64,000 bases of DNA from a virus, in the IMG/VR virus record IMGVR_UViG_3300020048_000058, one strand, 5' to 3'. Under the pieces are notes generated by a model. That model had not been told where the DNA came from. It searched no databases and saw only the letters and a list, made by a program, of their open reading frames with translations. The position numbers were made by a program, and so were the translations under genes. Numbering within the stretch: the stretch's first letter is position 1; each line of letters begins with the position of its first letter. Below are positions 34,023-42,884 of this stretch, one piece after another.

Positions 34023-34051
34023 TTGACATAAATTTTTATTGGTGCTAGATT
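34023..34051 (+). promoter_or_regulatory. putative rightward promoter (TTGACA-17-TAGATT)
   Basis: Lies in the 136-bp divergent intergenic region. A second TTGACA box sits about 45 bp upstream. Confidence 0.4.
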
Positions 34052-34099
34052 TATTTACATAAAGCCAAAAGCGGTCAGCACCCAGATTTCTGAGGTCAA

Positions 34100-34636
34100 G
34101 TGCCAACCGCCTTACGGGATAAAACCCAATCAAAAACAATGATATCAACAATTTCAGCCGATGATCAAACTAAGTCCATTATTTCCCCTGAAATCATGGC
34201 ACTGGCATTAGACCCAGCGATCGCAGTCCAAGTCATAGCTTGGGATACGTTTGGGGAAATCAACCCTACACCTGACGCAATTATGGGTATTTTTACTAAT
34301 CACGACATTTTTAAATTTGTATTAGCAGATGGCGGTGCGATTCTGATTGGGGCTGATCAGTTCCTAAATTATTGGGAACAGATTCAGGCAAGCACTGAAA
34401 CCGAACCCACAGAAGAAACGATTGTTGCAATGGCTAAAGACCGGGGAACAGTCATCTATGATAGCGGTTGCAAGTTAGGGTATGTAGTCCGATACGAAAA
34501 CAGCTACTACGCAGTCGGTGAAGTTTTGGTTTATAAGAAAGGCTTTCAATATTCCTACTCCCGCCACGGGAGCTTTCAGTTGGCTGCCGACTGCTTAATT
34601 GAGCAGTCATGGACTGAGATGGAAAACCGCTATTAA
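34100..34636 (+). CDS. hypothetical protein (178 aa; alternative ATG 34139)
   Basis: Track ORF and first gene of the rightward block. Confidence 0.45.
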   Translation: MPTALRDKTQSKTMISTISADDQTKSIISPEIMALALDPAIAVQVIAWDTFGEINPTPDAIMGIFTNHDIFKFVLADGGAILIGADQFLNYWEQIQASTETEPTEETIVAMAKDRGTVIYDSGCKLGYVVRYENSYYAVGEVLVYKKGFQYSYSRHGSFQLAADCLIEQSWTEMENRY

Positions 34637-34712
34637 TACCCATAGAACAACCTAGACCTGAACAAGTCTCTAAAAGGTTCAACAAAGCATAATCCTACGA
34701 GGAGGTGGCGCA

Positions 34713-34901
34713 ATGAAAGAAGCAGTAAAACTTGACAAAAAAGAAGTCAGACTGATTATTGACAAATTAACAGAACAAAACCATCTACTGGCGGACATCT
34801 TGGCTCGGACAATAGTGGATGAAGAATGGCATAAAACAAGTGCCTTCTTTGATTCAATAACTTCGGCTATTCAGCAATTTGAAAGTGAGGATGTGGCGTG
34901 A
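34713..34901 (+). CDS. hypothetical protein (62 aa)
   Basis: Track ORF with GAGGAGG upstream. Confidence 0.45.
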   Translation: MKEAVKLDKKEVRLIIDKLTEQNHLLADILARTIVDEEWHKTSAFFDSITSAIQQFESEDVA

Positions 34902-35089
34902 TGGATGTTTCCGAGTTAGCCGAACAGTTCAGAAAGTTAATTGACGAGAGGGATTCAATCCCCTTTCACAAGCACGAAACCAACGCCCGATGTGTTGAGA
35001 TAGATGAAGTTTTGATCCCTGCAATTATTAAGCAGATTCCACAGGGAACAATGAATGAGTTTAACGAATTAATTAATGAGGGGGAATAA
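34898..35089 (+). CDS. hypothetical protein (63 aa)
   Basis: Track ORF with an overlapping stop and start. Confidence 0.45.
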   Translation: MMDVSELAEQFRKLIDERDSIPFHKHETNARCVEIDEVLIPAIIKQIPQGTMNEFNELINEGE

Positions 35090-35090
35090 A

Positions 35091-35357
35091 ATGGGCAGCG
35101 ACAAAGTGCAATTTATCAAAGAAACTTCAGTCAAGCTGTTGGCAGCTTGTTTAATTGAAGATCGTATTGCTTGGTATAAAGACCCCGACTACTGTTCTGA
35201 TGATGAAGGTATCACCAAGTCAATCGAGATAGCGGAGTGCCTTTGGGACAAGTTAGAAGAAAAAGGGTATGTAGAGTCAGAACAAGAGAATAAAATACCC
35301 CCACTAGAAGAAGGCATTGATCCAACTTGGATTAACGGTTTCAAGGGTTGCATTTAA
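35091..35357 (+). CDS. hypothetical protein (88 aa)
   Basis: Track ORF trimmed to the ATG at 35091, preceded by GAGGGGG. Confidence 0.45.
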   Translation: MGSDKVQFIKETSVKLLAACLIEDRIAWYKDPDYCSDDEGITKSIEIAECLWDKLEEKGYVESEQENKIPPLEEGIDPTWINGFKGCI

Positions 35358-35447
35358 TCATTTTTCCCTTACGCTTCATAGTGCGATTGTGAAGCGTTGG
35401 GGCGGTGCGATTAAGCCCGAATAAACCTAACAGAAATCAAGGAACAA

Positions 35448-36299
35448 ATGACTTCAACTATTGACCGTATTGACCAAGACGAACCAATGCAAATCCAGCG
35501 CGATGAATTTGCATCGGAGGAATATTTAGACCCTAACGCACGGCTCCCCCGGATTCAAGCATTGAGAGGGGCAACCCCTAAGCAGTGTGGGTACTTTATC
35601 GAGATCAATCAAGCTGCAAAAGCTGGATGGTTAAACTTCGATGAAAAAACCTTAGTTGATTACTCCTTTGAAAGTTCAGGTGAAACTGAGCAGGGTATTT
35701 TATTTAACAAAATGCGGATGTTGGTATGCCCTCGGACTCCCGTTTTAGCATTAGATAAGGCTGCAACCAAAGAGCAGCAACAAAACGTTTTTACAGGTTA
35801 CTACAAGAAAGCTATATACGGAGCAGACGAAAACTTTACCAACTTTCAAGCGTTTGAAGTCCTATTGTTGGACAAGGAAAACAAACCACTGCATCAAGTT
35901 CCACTTAGCCTCAAATTGAAAGGTGCGGCTCAAGCATCATTTTCACAAAAATGGCAAGAATTTGTCCAGAAGATTACATCTTGTCACGCCATTTCCTGTG
36001 GAATCCCAGCTAGTGAAAAGGCAATGACATTCAAATCTCTTTGTGTGTTTGCGTTTGAAGTGAAACGCGAAATGGCAGGAGATAAAACCAAGTCACCCGC
36101 CTGCAAAGTCACGGGCTACGAAGTCCCAACGCTTGAAAGTTGGAAAAACTACTTTGTTGGCTACGACACCCAGACTAAGGAATTTGTCTGGCAGGGATTG
36201 CAACCCAAGCGTCCTTTAATTCAACCCGAACAAATTATGGCGGCGCTACCCCCTGTTAGTGATGTCGAAGCATTGGCGGCTGCGGGTATTGATTTCTAA
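35448..36299 (+). CDS. hypothetical protein (283 aa)
   Basis: Track ORF. No motif recognised. Confidence 0.5.
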   Translation: MTSTIDRIDQDEPMQIQRDEFASEEYLDPNARLPRIQALRGATPKQCGYFIEINQAAKAGWLNFDEKTLVDYSFESSGETEQGILFNKMRMLVCPRTPVLALDKAATKEQQQNVFTGYYKKAIYGADENFTNFQAFEVLLLDKENKPLHQVPLSLKLKGAAQASFSQKWQEFVQKITSCHAISCGIPASEKAMTFKSLCVFAFEVKREMAGDKTKSPACKVTGYEVPTLESWKNYFVGYDTQTKEFVWQGLQPKRPLIQPEQIMAALPPVSDVEALAAAGIDF

Positions 36300-36315
36300 A
36301 TTAACTTAATTAACT

Positions 36316-36335
36316 CAGGGGGTGAAATTCCCCCC
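36316..36335 (+). repeat. hairpin repeat CAGGGGGTGAAATTCCCCC, copy 1
   Basis: GGGGG-tgaaatt-CCCCC stem-loop. An identical copy lies at 36532-36550. Confidence 0.8.
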
Positions 36336-36363
36336 ACTATTCCCCTAGAAAAAAAAGGAAACC

Positions 36364-36525
36364 ATGAACTACAAAGGCTACGAAATCACAACAGAACAAA
36401 TCAAACAAGGGTTTGTGTTCTCCCAACCGTCGTACTGGGTGGTAAGCATCGACGGCCGACTGCAACAGCAACAATTCGATTCTGAAGAAGAAGCGATCGC
36501 CTATGCAAAATTCACTATCGACTAA
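36364..36525 (+). CDS. small hypothetical protein (53 aa)
   Basis: ATG preceded by AAAGGAAACC. Co-directional with its neighbours and bracketed by the two hairpin repeats. It falls below the track cutoff. The reverse-strand track ORF 36337-36552 is judged spurious. Confidence 0.4.
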   Translation: MNYKGYEITTEQIKQGFVFSQPSYWVVSIDGRLQQQQFDSEEEAIAYAKFTID

Positions 36526-36531
36526 AAAATC

Positions 36532-36550
36532 CAGGGGGTGAAATTCCCCC
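36532..36550 (+). repeat. hairpin repeat CAGGGGGTGAAATTCCCCC, copy 2
   Basis: Identical to copy 1. Confidence 0.8.
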
Positions 36551-36575
36551 AATTCAAAACTCTACAACACAAAAT

Positions 36576-36827
36576 ATGAACGCATCAGAAGTCCGAATAA
36601 TAGCTTCAAATTTTTCCGGGGATTACTGCGCGATGCCAGAAGGTGTCGAACTTTGGGGAATAGAAGGGGGTGGGGCTTGGTGGCTGACGGGAACCACTTG
36701 GTTCCTTCTAAAAGGTAACTCAGTTATTTCTAGTCAGTACCAACCGCCCTGCGAGAGTGAGAAAGAGGCAAAACGTCTCCGAACCAAATGGATTAATGAG
36801 TTAATGAGAGCAGGGGAAGGGCTATGA
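36576..36827 (+). CDS. hypothetical protein (83 aa)
   Basis: Track ORF. Confidence 0.45.
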   Translation: MNASEVRIIASNFSGDYCAMPEGVELWGIEGGGAWWLTGTTWFLLKGNSVISSQYQPPCESEKEAKRLRTKWINELMRAGEGL

Positions 36828-37144
36828 ACACATTAGTTTTAGCCATTAAAAGAAAATGGTTTGACATGATTGCATCGGGGGTCAAAAAAGAGGAATACAG
36901 AAAAATCGATCAATATTATTATGCTCGATTTGACAAGCCGATAACCCACCTGGTTATTCGTAATGGTTACGGCAAAAAACGCCCGTCTGTAACAGTTGAA
37001 TTATTGGGAATAGGTAAAGGTATTCCCAAACCAGAATGGAGTGATGGAGAGGAAACTATAGGGCAGGAAACAGAGGTTTTTATTCTTGCCTTGGGGGAGA
37101 TTATTGAGGTTAATCCGTCTTCAGAGGAATTGGCGATCGCATAA
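36824..37144 (+). CDS. ASCH domain protein
   Basis: LAIKRKWFDMIASGVKKEEYRK is the typical ASCH N-terminal motif. Confidence 0.55.
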   Translation: MNTLVLAIKRKWFDMIASGVKKEEYRKIDQYYYARFDKPITHLVIRNGYGKKRPSVTVELLGIGKGIPKPEWSDGEETIGQETEVFILALGEIIEVNPSSEELAIA

Positions 37145-37223
37145 CTTCAACTCAACAGAAAGGAGGTGATGCTCAGACAAAAATCATTTAATCGTTTGTG
37201 TTTGTGTAAGTAAGACGAGTGGC

Positions 37224-37258
37224 GGGGTAGGAAAGACCCTTTATCTACCCCATTTTTT
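37224..37258 (+). terminator. intrinsic terminator
   Basis: GGGGTAG-14 nt-CTACCCC followed by ATTTTTT. Confidence 0.6.
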
Positions 37259-37286
37259 AACAATTAACAAGAAAAGAAACGGAGCA

Positions 37287-37481
37287 GTGGAAGTGAGCAG
37301 ACAAAAAGGTTACGCGATTTGGGAGCGAGGAAAAGGTGTTGTTGTCGCTTCTTATCCGAGATTCAATCAAGCCCGGATAAAGTGCGAGGAGATGAACAAA
37401 TCGGGGGCGGGCAGATATTACATTCAGGAAGATTGGGACGGTGTGCCAGTTTCAGTAATTACAAGAACAAGGAGAACATGA
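37287..37481 (+). CDS. hypothetical protein (64 aa, GTG start)
   Basis: Track ORF. Confidence 0.4.
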   Translation: MEVSRQKGYAIWERGKGVVVASYPRFNQARIKCEEMNKSGAGRYYIQEDWDGVPVSVITRTRRT

Positions 37482-37771
37482 GAAAAACAATTACAGCCCA
37501 CACTATTTATGGGCGATGGAAAGTAAAAGCAACTACCAGAAAGTGGATCGCTGTACATCGGATTGACGACGACTATTGGGGTGTCACCCATCTAGCATCA
37601 GGGCGACGTTTCCCAGGGTATTTTCACTCCAAAAAAGACGCGATCGCAGCATCTAAACTAGCTCGACGGATGTTCCCTTATCCATTGAGGGAAAAAAATC
37701 AACACTTAATGCCAACTCAAAACGAGTGGCTTCAAACCCTCTGGGATGCCAAAATTGCATTTACAAAATAA
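37478..37771 (+). CDS. hypothetical protein (97 aa)
   Basis: Track ORF 37319-37771 trimmed to the ATG at 37478 (ATGA overlap with the upstream stop). Confidence 0.45.
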   Translation: MRKTITAHTIYGRWKVKATTRKWIAVHRIDDDYWGVTHLASGRRFPGYFHSKKDAIAASKLARRMFPYPLREKNQHLMPTQNEWLQTLWDAKIAFTK

Positions 37772-37797
37772 TTGCATTTACTAAATAGGAGAAAATC

Positions 37798-38187
37798 ATG
37801 TTAGTTGAAATTGAAACTACTGAAACCGTTGATAATGTCATTCAATTAAAAGCCCCAGAGAAAAACATGGGGACAATGATGAATAAACAGGGTAAATTAG
37901 TTCAATCTGTTTATGATTTGCAATCCGACTTAATAGCGGGTGGCATAAATAAATTTACCTATATCTTGTATATGATTCGCCTTCTTTACGGGAGCGGTAA
38001 AGACGTAAATGTTACCCTAGAGAACTTGATTGAGATGTTAAATTGTGACGGGGTAACTCCACTGGGAGCCGAGAAAAAGATTCAATTTGAAATAGCAGAC
38101 GTTCAGGTTGAGTTGGCAAAGATGAGTAAAAAAGGTTTGCTGACAAGCTACGAGGTTCCCATTCAATTAAATATTACAAGCCTATGA
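37798..38187 (+). CDS. hypothetical protein (129 aa)
   Basis: Track ORF with AGGAGA upstream. Confidence 0.5.
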   Translation: MLVEIETTETVDNVIQLKAPEKNMGTMMNKQGKLVQSVYDLQSDLIAGGINKFTYILYMIRLLYGSGKDVNVTLENLIEMLNCDGVTPLGAEKKIQFEIADVQVELAKMSKKGLLTSYEVPIQLNITSL

Positions 38188-38278
38188 TTACAACTGTGCC
38201 ACGAAGACATTAAAGACAGGAATCACACTCAAGCAATTAAGATTTATCGCCGTTCACTCAGACCCTAGAGGTAAAACA

Positions 38279-38422
38279 ATGAATTTGATGCGCGACGGGT
38301 TTCGTGACTACAAAACCAACTTCAGATTATGGTGCGATATTGTTGGTCACAGAACCCCCTACGATTGGCAGTTAACGACATTCTGGTATTGGCTATCTTA
38401 CCCATCATCGGAGGGCAATTAA
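38279..38422 (+). CDS. small hypothetical protein (47 aa)
   Basis: Fills a gap, and its stop lies 1 nt before the next ATG. It falls below the track cutoff. Confidence 0.3.
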   Translation: MNLMRDGFRDYKTNFRLWCDIVGHRTPYDWQLTTFWYWLSYPSSEGN

Positions 38423-38423
38423 A

Positions 38424-38849
38424 ATGCTTAAAATTACCGGATCTCAGTTTAAACTCCCTCTTTTAAACTTCACTTACTTAGGACTTAAATCAATGCAAAA
38501 AACTAATTTTAAGATTGCCACAAAATTCTCAGATGCTACTCGCACCTCGCACCGAAAACCTATCGAATACACAGAGGTAGAAGGGTTTGTTGTCGGGAAT
38601 TGGGGAATTACTAATTATTGGGCCGGGGATGGTTGGATTGTCTACCATACTGTTAAGGGTTTGAGATTGTCCTATCTATATTTTGAGTGGGATAACGCCG
38701 TTAAAGTTTTGGAGATGACAGTCGAACTGTTTGGGGAAAACAACGATGGCGAACCGACCTCCGATAATTATAAAAAATCCTGTGATTGGGAGCGCGAAGC
38801 GCGCCCAATAGCGTCCCGTGAATGCCTTTATTTTGATGGTGATGATTAA
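38424..38849 (+). CDS. hypothetical protein (141 aa)
   Basis: Track ORF with GGAGGG 8 nt upstream. Confidence 0.45.
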   Translation: MLKITGSQFKLPLLNFTYLGLKSMQKTNFKIATKFSDATRTSHRKPIEYTEVEGFVVGNWGITNYWAGDGWIVYHTVKGLRLSYLYFEWDNAVKVLEMTVELFGENNDGEPTSDNYKKSCDWEREARPIASRECLYFDGDD

Positions 38850-38894
38850 TTGATTGATTCTCAACAATAACCAACAATCACCAAAGGAGACAAG

Positions 38895-39329
38895 ATGAAT
38901 ATTAAAGAATTAGATTCCGGCTCAAAGTTTGTAAGTGAAAAGGGCGTTATTTTACTTTCAACACTAGACGCTGAAGATTTCAAATACTGTTTAGAAAACA
39001 GTTTGGCCCATAAATCAACTGTTGAAATCAATGAAAAAGCCAAAATAGCAAAACCCAATTATTCAGATTTACTAAAAGCTGGATTCTATGGCGGATTAAT
39101 TGGGATTGTGGAATTGTTGGTACATGATTGCGTCTTAAACGTTGAGGATGCCGTGATAATAGCAAATAAAATATTTAACGGTGAACTTGACAACGTTTTA
39201 AATATCCCAATGTATCTTACTGAATCAAGAGCATTCCCGTTTTTAATTGAATCAATCAATGCAAAAAGATTTGTAGATGATGAAATCAATAAGGAAGAAA
39301 TTGTAAATAGTTTGAACAGTCTTATTTAA
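38895..39329 (+). CDS. hypothetical protein (144 aa)
   Basis: Track ORF with AAGGAGA upstream. Confidence 0.5.
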   Translation: MNIKELDSGSKFVSEKGVILLSTLDAEDFKYCLENSLAHKSTVEINEKAKIAKPNYSDLLKAGFYGGLIGIVELLVHDCVLNVEDAVIIANKIFNGELDNVLNIPMYLTESRAFPFLIESINAKRFVDDEINKEEIVNSLNSLI

Positions 39330-39381
39330 AACAATCTTACAACTCCTGCCCTTATTCCCGATAACTCCAAAGAAGCTCACT

Positions 39382-39636
39382 CTACCTAGTGGGCTTTTCT
39401 TGATCGTCATCTGAATCATTGACAATCTTTTTAATAAATTCCTCAATAGTTAATCCTTCATCCTCAGACCGAGACTTTAGCATCGCTACAATTTGTTCGT
39501 CGTTTGCTTCTATTCGAGCCCGCAATACGTTACCCGCCAAGGTTGTGCGTGCTACACCCTCGAGTGCTGCCCATTCCCTTAATCGCTTATTATGCCACGC
39601 AGGGATCTTAATCGTAATTCTATATCTTTTGTCCAC
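39382..39636 (-). CDS. ribbon-helix-helix (Arc/CopG-like) regulator (84 aa)
   Basis: YRITIKIPAWHNKRLREWAALEGVARTTLAGNVLRARIE fits the RHH pattern. It is divergent from an HTH gene. Confidence 0.5.
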   Translation of the reverse strand: MDKRYRITIKIPAWHNKRLREWAALEGVARTTLAGNVLRARIEANDEQIVAMLKSRSEDEGLTIEEFIKKIVNDSDDDQEKPTR

Positions 39637-39764
39637 TGTTGTTTTTTTATGTCGTTTAGCATATAATCAGCATAACATTAACACAAATACTGAAAGGGGC
39701 TGACCGGATATCAGCCGATCAGCCCCACCCCAACCCATTCTTTAACCCAGTTGAGGCTATTACA

Positions 39765-39959
39765 ATGTTTGCACAAAAAGAACTGTCTGTAGATGAATTT
39801 CGGAAGATTACAAATAAATCAATAAATCAAATATGCCAGTTAACAGGGGCAGATAGAGACACGGTTTATCGGCACAAAAACAATGCTACGAGCGATCGCC
39901 CTCAATACATTCAGTTCCGATACCACTTAGGGCTTTTAGCTCAGGTAATAACAAAATAG
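39765..39959 (+). CDS. small HTH protein (Cro-like, 64 aa)
   Basis: INQICQLTGADRDTVYR is a helix-turn-helix motif. An upstream TTGTTT-17-TATAAT promoter lies at about 39640-39668. Confidence 0.45.
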   Translation: MFAQKELSVDEFRKITNKSINQICQLTGADRDTVYRHKNNATSDRPQYIQFRYHLGLLAQVITK

Positions 39960-39990
39960 TTGCATTTTGCAACCCTATAGCATTTTGCAA
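39960..39990. promoter_or_regulatory. two copies of the palindromic box T(T/A)GCATTTTGCAA
   Basis: TTGCATTTTGCAA at 39960-39972 and TAGCATTTTGCAA at 39978-39990, immediately after the cro-like gene. Confidence 0.45.
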
Positions 39991-39994
39991 TATC

Positions 39995-40020
39995 CCCACC
40001 CTTAGAGGTGGGTTTATTAT
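39995..40020 (+). terminator. intrinsic terminator
   Basis: CCCACC-cttaga-GGTGGG followed by TTTATTATT. Confidence 0.5.
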
Positions 40021-40082
40021 TGGTACATCAGGTTAAATCAAGCCTGAGTCAATCTAAGAAGGAGAGATGTACTAAACCATGA

Positions 40083-40553
40083 ATGGCTAATTTTGAGACC
40101 AGGAAAGGGGGAACCCGAAAGATGATACACCTCAAAGACGAAGACGCTTTACAGCCTTTTTCCTCTGAGGAAATCCAGTTAATCTTTAAAGTTTCTCACC
40201 AGACTATTGCCGAACGCAAAGGGATATTGGGGATTAAAAGAAAACCCGTAGGATGGACAGAATTAAACGTTTTATACCTCCTGCATATCTTTGTTAGTTC
40301 CAAATACCCACACCATACCTACTATCAGTTCCAAAGCCTCTATCACCACTGTTTAAACAACGGTTTATCTATCGAGATAGAAGTTTTCCAGAAGATGTTA
40401 ATGCTAAACACAACCCAACTATTTAAGGAGTTTAAAGTCGATGTCCTATCAAGAATCACAAGCTACCGACAACAACACTCAACCGGAACTTACCGAGTTG
40501 TATCAGAACTCACGGAAACCCCAAACCCAGACGGAGCCGAAACAGCAGACTAA
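40083..40553 (+). CDS. hypothetical protein with HTH-like segment (156 aa)
   Basis: Track ORF. Its 3' end overlaps the next ORF by 113 nt, so one of the two boundaries is uncertain. Confidence 0.4.
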   Translation: MANFETRKGGTRKMIHLKDEDALQPFSSEEIQLIFKVSHQTIAERKGILGIKRKPVGWTELNVLYLLHIFVSSKYPHHTYYQFQSLYHHCLNNGLSIEIEVFQKMLMLNTTQLFKEFKVDVLSRITSYRQQHSTGTYRVVSELTETPNPDGAETAD

Positions 40554-40947
40554 ATCAGCTATCACCAAAGGGAGTACAACGGATCAACTCAATGATGCAG
40601 TTGTTAAGACCCAAAAGAAAGCTAAAGATAACGCGATTGTTAACACTAAAGCCGTTATTGTTGCGGGTCAAAACTCCGGGCGGGAAGATGCTAAACTATT
40701 TAAAAAAGCAAAACAATTGGCTTTCTTAAATGAAATTGCAGACGATGAAATTGAGTCTGCTAAGGCTTTATTAGTTGGCATTCCTGAGTATAAGAATGCA
40801 ATTGATCAAGCGTCAGGGTGTGAGTTGGAAAACCTCTTAGACTTTGATCAAGAAATCTCAATTGAGGCTTTAGAACAGCAACTTAACGAAGCTGTGGGAA
40901 AGTCCAAAAAATCCCAGTTAGCTGTCAGAAGTTTTTTCGGAGAATAG
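40441..40947 (+). CDS. hypothetical protein (168 aa)
   Basis: Track ORF. Hydrophilic and Gln/Lys-rich. Confidence 0.4.
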   Translation: MSYQESQATDNNTQPELTELYQNSRKPQTQTEPKQQTKSAITKGSTTDQLNDAVVKTQKKAKDNAIVNTKAVIVAGQNSGREDAKLFKKAKQLAFLNEIADDEIESAKALLVGIPEYKNAIDQASGCELENLLDFDQEISIEALEQQLNEAVGKSKKSQLAVRSFFGE

Positions 40948-41134
40948 AACAATTAGAAACACGGGTTGAGAGGATTGAAATAATACTTAAAATCCCTCAA
41001 CCCAAAGAAATCAGTCAACAATTGTCAATATTAATGGGAGGTTTTTAAATGGGAATTATCATTGATTTAGTTAATGTATTCGGGTGTTATTGTTCCTACA
41101 ACATAATGCCCTATCTAATGGGAGGTTGTTTCTA

Positions 41135-41263
41135 ATGAATACTATTTATTATTTAACAGCATTCTTTATTGGGTTTTTAATCTTTAGCAACCAAATTGTT
41201 TTCAGTAGAATCAGGGAACAATCGGCTAACCATCAAGGCAATCAAATTACTAACAAAAATTAG
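41135..41263 (+). CDS. small membrane peptide (42 aa)
   Basis: GGAGG upstream, and one TM segment (YYLTAFFIGFLIFSNQIVF). It falls below the track cutoff. Confidence 0.3.
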   Translation: MNTIYYLTAFFIGFLIFSNQIVFSRIREQSANHQGNQITNKN

Positions 41264-41272
41264 GAGAATAAG

Positions 41273-41617
41273 ATGTTAAAAACATTAATGACGACAGCTA
41301 CTATTCTTTTGACCGTTATCACTCCCGCTTTAGCTCAAAATCCAGATCCTTATCCTGGTAGAGATTGGGGATTTTCATTCTCACCACGAGAAGAACCAGG
41401 AAATACGAGTGAATGGAGAATTACAAATCCCTATGATAAACCTGTTCGGGTTCGAGTGAATGTTGACAATGGGAGTTATCGGATTGGTGGCAATCAATAC
41501 AATTCAGGCGAATCATCACATATCCTGTTTCCCCCAAATAGTTCTACTCCAATGATTATCAACACGGATGAAGCAGGTTTTAATGAACGTATCAATGTAG
41601 ACATCAATCCTTATTAA
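41273..41617 (+). CDS. secreted protein (signal peptide, 114 aa)
   Basis: N-terminus MLKTLMTTATILLTVITPALAQ. Confidence 0.5.
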   Translation: MLKTLMTTATILLTVITPALAQNPDPYPGRDWGFSFSPREEPGNTSEWRITNPYDKPVRVRVNVDNGSYRIGGNQYNSGESSHILFPPNSSTPMIINTDEAGFNERINVDINPY

Positions 41618-41640
41618 ATAGGTGAAAATGACAACAAATT

Positions 41641-42072
41641 ATGCGATTTAAACTACCGCAAACATTAAAAGCGATCATGGTTGGAACTGTGATTGGTGGC
41701 ATTAGTTCAGTCCTGTTATCCCTAACATTAGAACCGGAAATATCGGAGGTTAGAATGGGTCAATACGGGGGTTTTATCGGATTAATAGCTAGTTCCACAA
41801 CTACTGCACTCTTGGCTGTCACAACCCGCAATAACACCCAATCAAAACCAGATTATACATCCAACAAATCAGACTCAAAACCAGACTTTAACCTTGTGTT
41901 GGGTGAACTAATCCAAAGGGCAACCGAGAATCACCTGAATTGCCTACAGCCTGGGAGTCCTGAATACTTTGAAGCCCTTGAACTCTATGGAAAACTACTT
42001 TCAGGCGAAAACGGCACTCCAAACATCAACACCCAGAAAACCAAAACCTCACACCATGCACAGGGAGATTGA
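41641..42072 (+). CDS. membrane protein (143 aa)
   Basis: Two hydrophobic segments near the N-terminus. Confidence 0.5.
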   Translation: MRFKLPQTLKAIMVGTVIGGISSVLLSLTLEPEISEVRMGQYGGFIGLIASSTTTALLAVTTRNNTQSKPDYTSNKSDSKPDFNLVLGELIQRATENHLNCLQPGSPEYFEALELYGKLLSGENGTPNINTQKTKTSHHAQGD

Positions 42073-42077
42073 TATAG

Positions 42078-42884
42078 ATGTTAGACAGTTTACAGCCTAG
42101 TGATGACTTACCAGCTTTTAGTGGGGATTCAGACCCCCATCAAAGGGAACCTAGAAAGCCTAATAAAACACGAAAACGAGTAGCGGTTTTACTAACAGTT
42201 ATTGCAGTTTGTAGCTTTATTACCTTAGTCGGGAATAAATCAGGAATTATCAAGAAGTTTGCTCCTAACGTTCCCGTAGCTGAAAGTACGGAAGTTCAGC
42301 AAATGACGGTAGAACCAACAGGGGAAACCTCGACCGAAGCTAATGATAATTCTGGAGAATTTCAACCCTCCCCTGACTTAGAAATGGCACGAAATGAGCT
42401 ATTAGATAAGTCATTAAACGAGGTAGGTTTTCAAGTTAACAACTTGAGTGAAGCGGTAGCAGAAACATTCCTATTGCAAGCTCGTTCTGAGATTGAAAAA
42501 AAACCTGTTTCTATTGAGTTGTTCTTAATTCAAAAGATTAATTTCCTAGCAAATAAACTTGATAAGGCAACTCTTGATGGTGAGTTTAACGGCTCTCCAA
42601 AGGAACGTCAAAAGGCGGCTGATCTATTGTTTGAGGTTTGGGGAAATCTTTTGGCACTAAAACGCCACTGGGAAACTACAGCTGCCGATCAAGTTCAACT
42701 CAAATTTACAACCGTTAATGTTTCGATTCTCGCTTCTGATGTTCGCCGATTCTCTGAAGTTGCTATGTCACTCAGGGCATTAACCTACGAGCAGCAGAAG
42801 CGGACTGAGGCCCTTCAAAAGCAATTAGAACTTGAGGCTAAACAATTGGCAGAAAAGGAGGCTAAAGATGCCAAAACCAAGTAA
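42078..42884 (+). CDS. membrane-anchored coiled-coil protein (268 aa)
   Basis: TM segment VAVLLTVIAVCSFITLV and a C-terminal heptad-like region. Confidence 0.5.
   Translation: MLDSLQPSDDLPAFSGDSDPHQREPRKPNKTRKRVAVLLTVIAVCSFITLVGNKSGIIKKFAPNVPVAESTEVQQMTVEPTGETSTEANDNSGEFQPSPDLEMARNELLDKSLNEVGFQVNNLSEAVAETFLLQARSEIEKKPVSIELFLIQKINFLANKLDKATLDGEFNGSPKERQKAADLLFEVWGNLLALKRHWETTAADQVQLKFTTVNVSILASDVRRFSEVAMSLRALTYEQQKRTEALQKQLELEAKQLAEKEAKDAKTK

Noticed and set aside
36337-36552. Reverse-strand track ORF of 71 aa.
   Set aside because: It runs opposite to the surrounding + strand operon and spans both hairpin repeats. The + strand 53-aa ORF with an SD-like sequence explains the region better.
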